Part shown: positions 29,560 through 32,000 of the stretch, one piece after another | Position numbering within the stretch: position 1 is the first letter of the stretch | Layout of the letters: each line of letters starts with the position of its first letter | Assembly (NCBI RefSeq): GCF_000014265.1 | Contig: NC_008312.1 | Location: 3,000,001-3,032,000, forward strand | Reading direction: 5' to 3' | Source of the DNA: Trichodesmium erythraeum IMS101 | GTDB lineage: Bacteria > Cyanobacteriota > Cyanobacteriia > Cyanobacteriales > Microcoleaceae | DNA: 32,000 bases | Translations under genes and position numbers: made by a program | Notes under the pieces: generated by a model | What the model was told of the DNA's origin: nothing | The model's database searches: none | What the model saw: only the letters and a program-made list of their open reading frames with translations

Positions 29560-30161
29560 ACTACAGTCATCTATACCAGTTGCTTTCGTTCTGAAAATAG
29601 TTAAACCTCAACGAGTCTATTTCCGATTAACCTTATATAAGGCTCGTTGGCCTTCAAAATCTTGTATAAGACTTTCACCTCACACAACTTCTTTCTTAAA
29701 AGTCCCTTAACATAGGTACATCCTTCAAAGTTAGTATATTCCTGATGAGTTCTAATAGTTACTGTTTTTTTATCTAAGCCACCATACTCAAGTTATACAG
29801 CATCTTTACTGCATTGACTTAGGTAAAGTTTTAGCACAATATTTAGCTGTTGTTAGTAGAAACAATTACTCATAAGTAGCTAAACTTTTTTATGCTTTGG
29901 AAGACCTTTGATTTTTACTATTTTACCTGATATTTTTTCTGATTTATTCTATATTAGTTCAGCAATATTTTTATATACCGCCGGTTTTATCTAGGGACAC
30001 AATTTATTTTTAATGGGCAATAGTAAATTTTTCACAGTTTAAGTAACTGAACAAAATTAATTACACAAATAACTAATAATATATTATTCTATAAACTGAG
30101 GGGATTAAGTATACTATAATATGATATTTTTCAGATTCATAAGAAAGATGATTGACGATTT

Positions 30162-30266
30162 AAAATGTTATTGAATCTATTCATTTTCAGCTCTGGATCC
30201 TGATGATGATTTCTGAGTCCTAAAAAATTCCCCTTAAAAATGTTATTGAATCTATTCATTTTCAGC
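30162..30266 (+). repeat. Direct duplication of a perfect 30-mer (period 75 nt), each copy opening a hydrophobic mini-ORF
   Basis: AAAATGTTATTGAATCTATTCATTTTCAGC occurs at 30162-30191 and 30237-30266. The reading frames are MLLNLFIFSSGS* and MLLNLFIFSLGFSDFN*. Confidence 0.8.
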
Positions 30267-31243
30267 CTAGGTTTTAGTGACTTTAATTAATATCTGGTTC
30301 CAACCGGAAATTATTAGAGTCAGTTAATGACTTTTTTGAGTAGTAAAAATTGATTTACTAACCCAATGTGGTTGATGCCAAGTATTCTTTTCTTATGAGG
30401 TCAAATTTATCTCCATACCAACCAAGATTTCCTCAATTTTTCCCTGATTTATTTCTCTGATCAATTGATAAAAAAATATCCGATTAATCCTAATTATTGT
30501 GAAGTGTAATTAAGTCTTTTTGTTTAACCTTTTTACCAATAAAATATCATCGACTATAAAAACTATTAGCTACTAATATTATAAATTACAATCTTGGGAT
30601 CCGATTCTTTATAAGGTTACTGATAGTCATAAAAAAACTCAATACAAATATTTAGGAAAAGCTGATAGTAAAGCTCATATTGATACATTCAAAAAAATGA
30701 CTCAAAGAAATCTTATTAATGAATTAGAAAGGGTTGTTCATTCCCTTCAAAAAACCTTATTTGGAGATTTGTTTCCGTATAGAAATTAAACTATGCCCAT
30801 TGTGAAGCTCTTCAATATTCTCAAAAAGATAAAAAATCAAATCATTTTTGGTTTGATTTTGCCTCTAAACTCTTTGAAAAAAAACTCGCAAAAAGAATCC
30901 CACTAAAAATGATGAATTAGTAAAAGCAAAAAAAGTTAAAGAGGATAAATCAGCAAAATTGCAAACATAAATAGAACCCATAAGGCAAGTAGTATTTATA
31001 ATTTACAAAGATCATTATGCTATGGCGATATCTTGATCGGTTATGCTTGGGGAAGAACAGATAAAATAACAGAAATTTCGCTTCACTAATAAAAAATTAA
31101 GGCTTACTTATTCTGGCATCTTAGACTATCAAAGCAAAGAATTTATTATTCAATAAAAAAGGTGGAAATACTGAAAATATCATGAAAAATATTTAAGTAT
31201 TTACAGCAGCAAAGGTAGGGAAAAAGATCAGTAATATTTAGGG

Positions 31244-31435
31244 ATAGAGCCACTGATAATAATTTGAGATAATTTCAAAAATATTTAATAACAAAAAATA
31301 GCTAAAAAAATCGAAGAATAATGGTTAATAAATTGTACAAAATTTGCTCTTAATGTCGCGGAGCAAAATAGAGCCACTGATCATAACTTGAGATAATTTC
31401 AAAAATATTTAATAACAAAAAATAGCTGAAAAATC
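31244..31435 (+). repeat. Direct repeat of about 69 nt, two copies 124 nt apart
   Basis: ATAGAGCCACTGAT(A/C)ATAA(T/C)TTGAGATAATTTCAAAAATATTTAATAACAAAAAATAGCT(A/G)AAAAA(A)TC occurs at 31244-31312 and 31368-31435. Confidence 0.8.
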
Positions 31436-31521
31436 TATTGAATATATTTGCTGACAAGCCCAAAATTTTATAAGAGAATTTGATGATCTTTGCAATTATT
31501 TGAAAATGGTTAAGTGACTAT

Positions 31522-31734
31522 TTAAGTTTTTTCCCTATAGTCAAATATTCGACTTTCCCAAACTTTTTCAGTATATAATTTTGCCGCAACCAATGCGCAG
31601 AATACTATATCATGGCTAACTTTTTCTAGGTGGTTAGCTAAATTAGTTAAAGTATAGTCTTTGTGAGAATTGATTAAGTACTGGTATAAAATAAATATAA
31701 TTAAAATTAATATTTTTTTTAAAATTAGTAACAA
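31522..31734 (-). pseudogene. Possible N-terminal fragment of an IS4/IS701-like transposase (very tentative)
   Basis: YTLTNLANHLEKVSHDIV....KLYTEKVWE resembles the ..T.LA.....SHD..NR.L.....TP..LW motif I associate with some IS4-type transposase N-termini. It is only 70 aa and has an implausible N-terminus. Confidence 0.2.
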
Positions 31735-32000
31735 TTTAATTGCCTAATAATTAATTATAGCAATCGAAAAAAAGCTTAGGACTCTGAACTATTCCTGATC
31801 TGCTCATGTAACCGAAATTAATATCTTAACCTATGCTTCGACTGCTATATCTTATAATTGAGATTTTTTAGGAATTAATTTTATACTTTTTTATAAATAT
31901 CTCTAATAATGAGTAAACAACATATAGGGTACTTGAATAACTCCTAATTATATTATTTGAGTGATCTCAATTTTTTTTAATTCAAAGATTCTAAATAATC

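Noticed and set aside
29609-29649. Nested hairpin downstream of purQ (CAACGAG...CTCGTTG enclosing the palindrome CCTTATATAAGG), considered as an intrinsic terminator. The 15482-15508 hairpin was considered likewise.
   Set aside because: Neither stem is followed by a U-tract on either strand. The outer stem here has a 27-nt interior. They may be structural or repeat elements, but a terminator call is unsupported.

Overview
AT-rich cyanobacterial chromosomal segment. I read 11 perfect HIP1 octamers (GCGATCGC), and the gene content includes FtrV, PurS/PurQ, a FurB/Zur-like regulator, an NfeD-SPFH pair, a TPR protein and a PP2C phosphatase. Only about 14.7 of 32 kb (about 46% by my tally) lies in ORFs I consider real. 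The rest is very AT-rich spacer containing decayed transposase fragments and short repeats. That pattern suggests a Trichodesmium-like filamentous cyanobacterium, but this is an unverified inference. Confident genes are a GT60-like GlcNAc-transferase, a PfkB sugar kinase, a stand-alone SF2 helicase, a GH63-like glycoside hydrolase, an ABC-2 permease, a 564-aa TPR protein, ftrV, a PP2C phosphatase, NfeD plus an SPFH/band-7 protein, a Fur-family (Zur-like) regulator, purS and purQ. The most unusual region is 20.3-22.4 kb. It holds a cas-less CRISPR-like mini-array of four 34-35 nt repeats plus one truncated copy, and a solitary repeat of a second type. Both are bracketed by an inverted duplication of a roughly 165-bp module. 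That module carries an intact 50-aa basic ORF in one copy and a decayed ORF in the other. The decayed copy is fused on one side to the truncated CRISPR repeat and on the other to a 5'-truncated IS903-like relic. Other notable items are a GC-rich (about 50%) island with a polyprenyl-synthase pseudogene between two decayed copies of one IS, purine-rich GGAAGAA tracts abutting four stop codons, and a 252-nt structured spacer splitting purS from purQ. No rRNA or tRNA genes were recognised.
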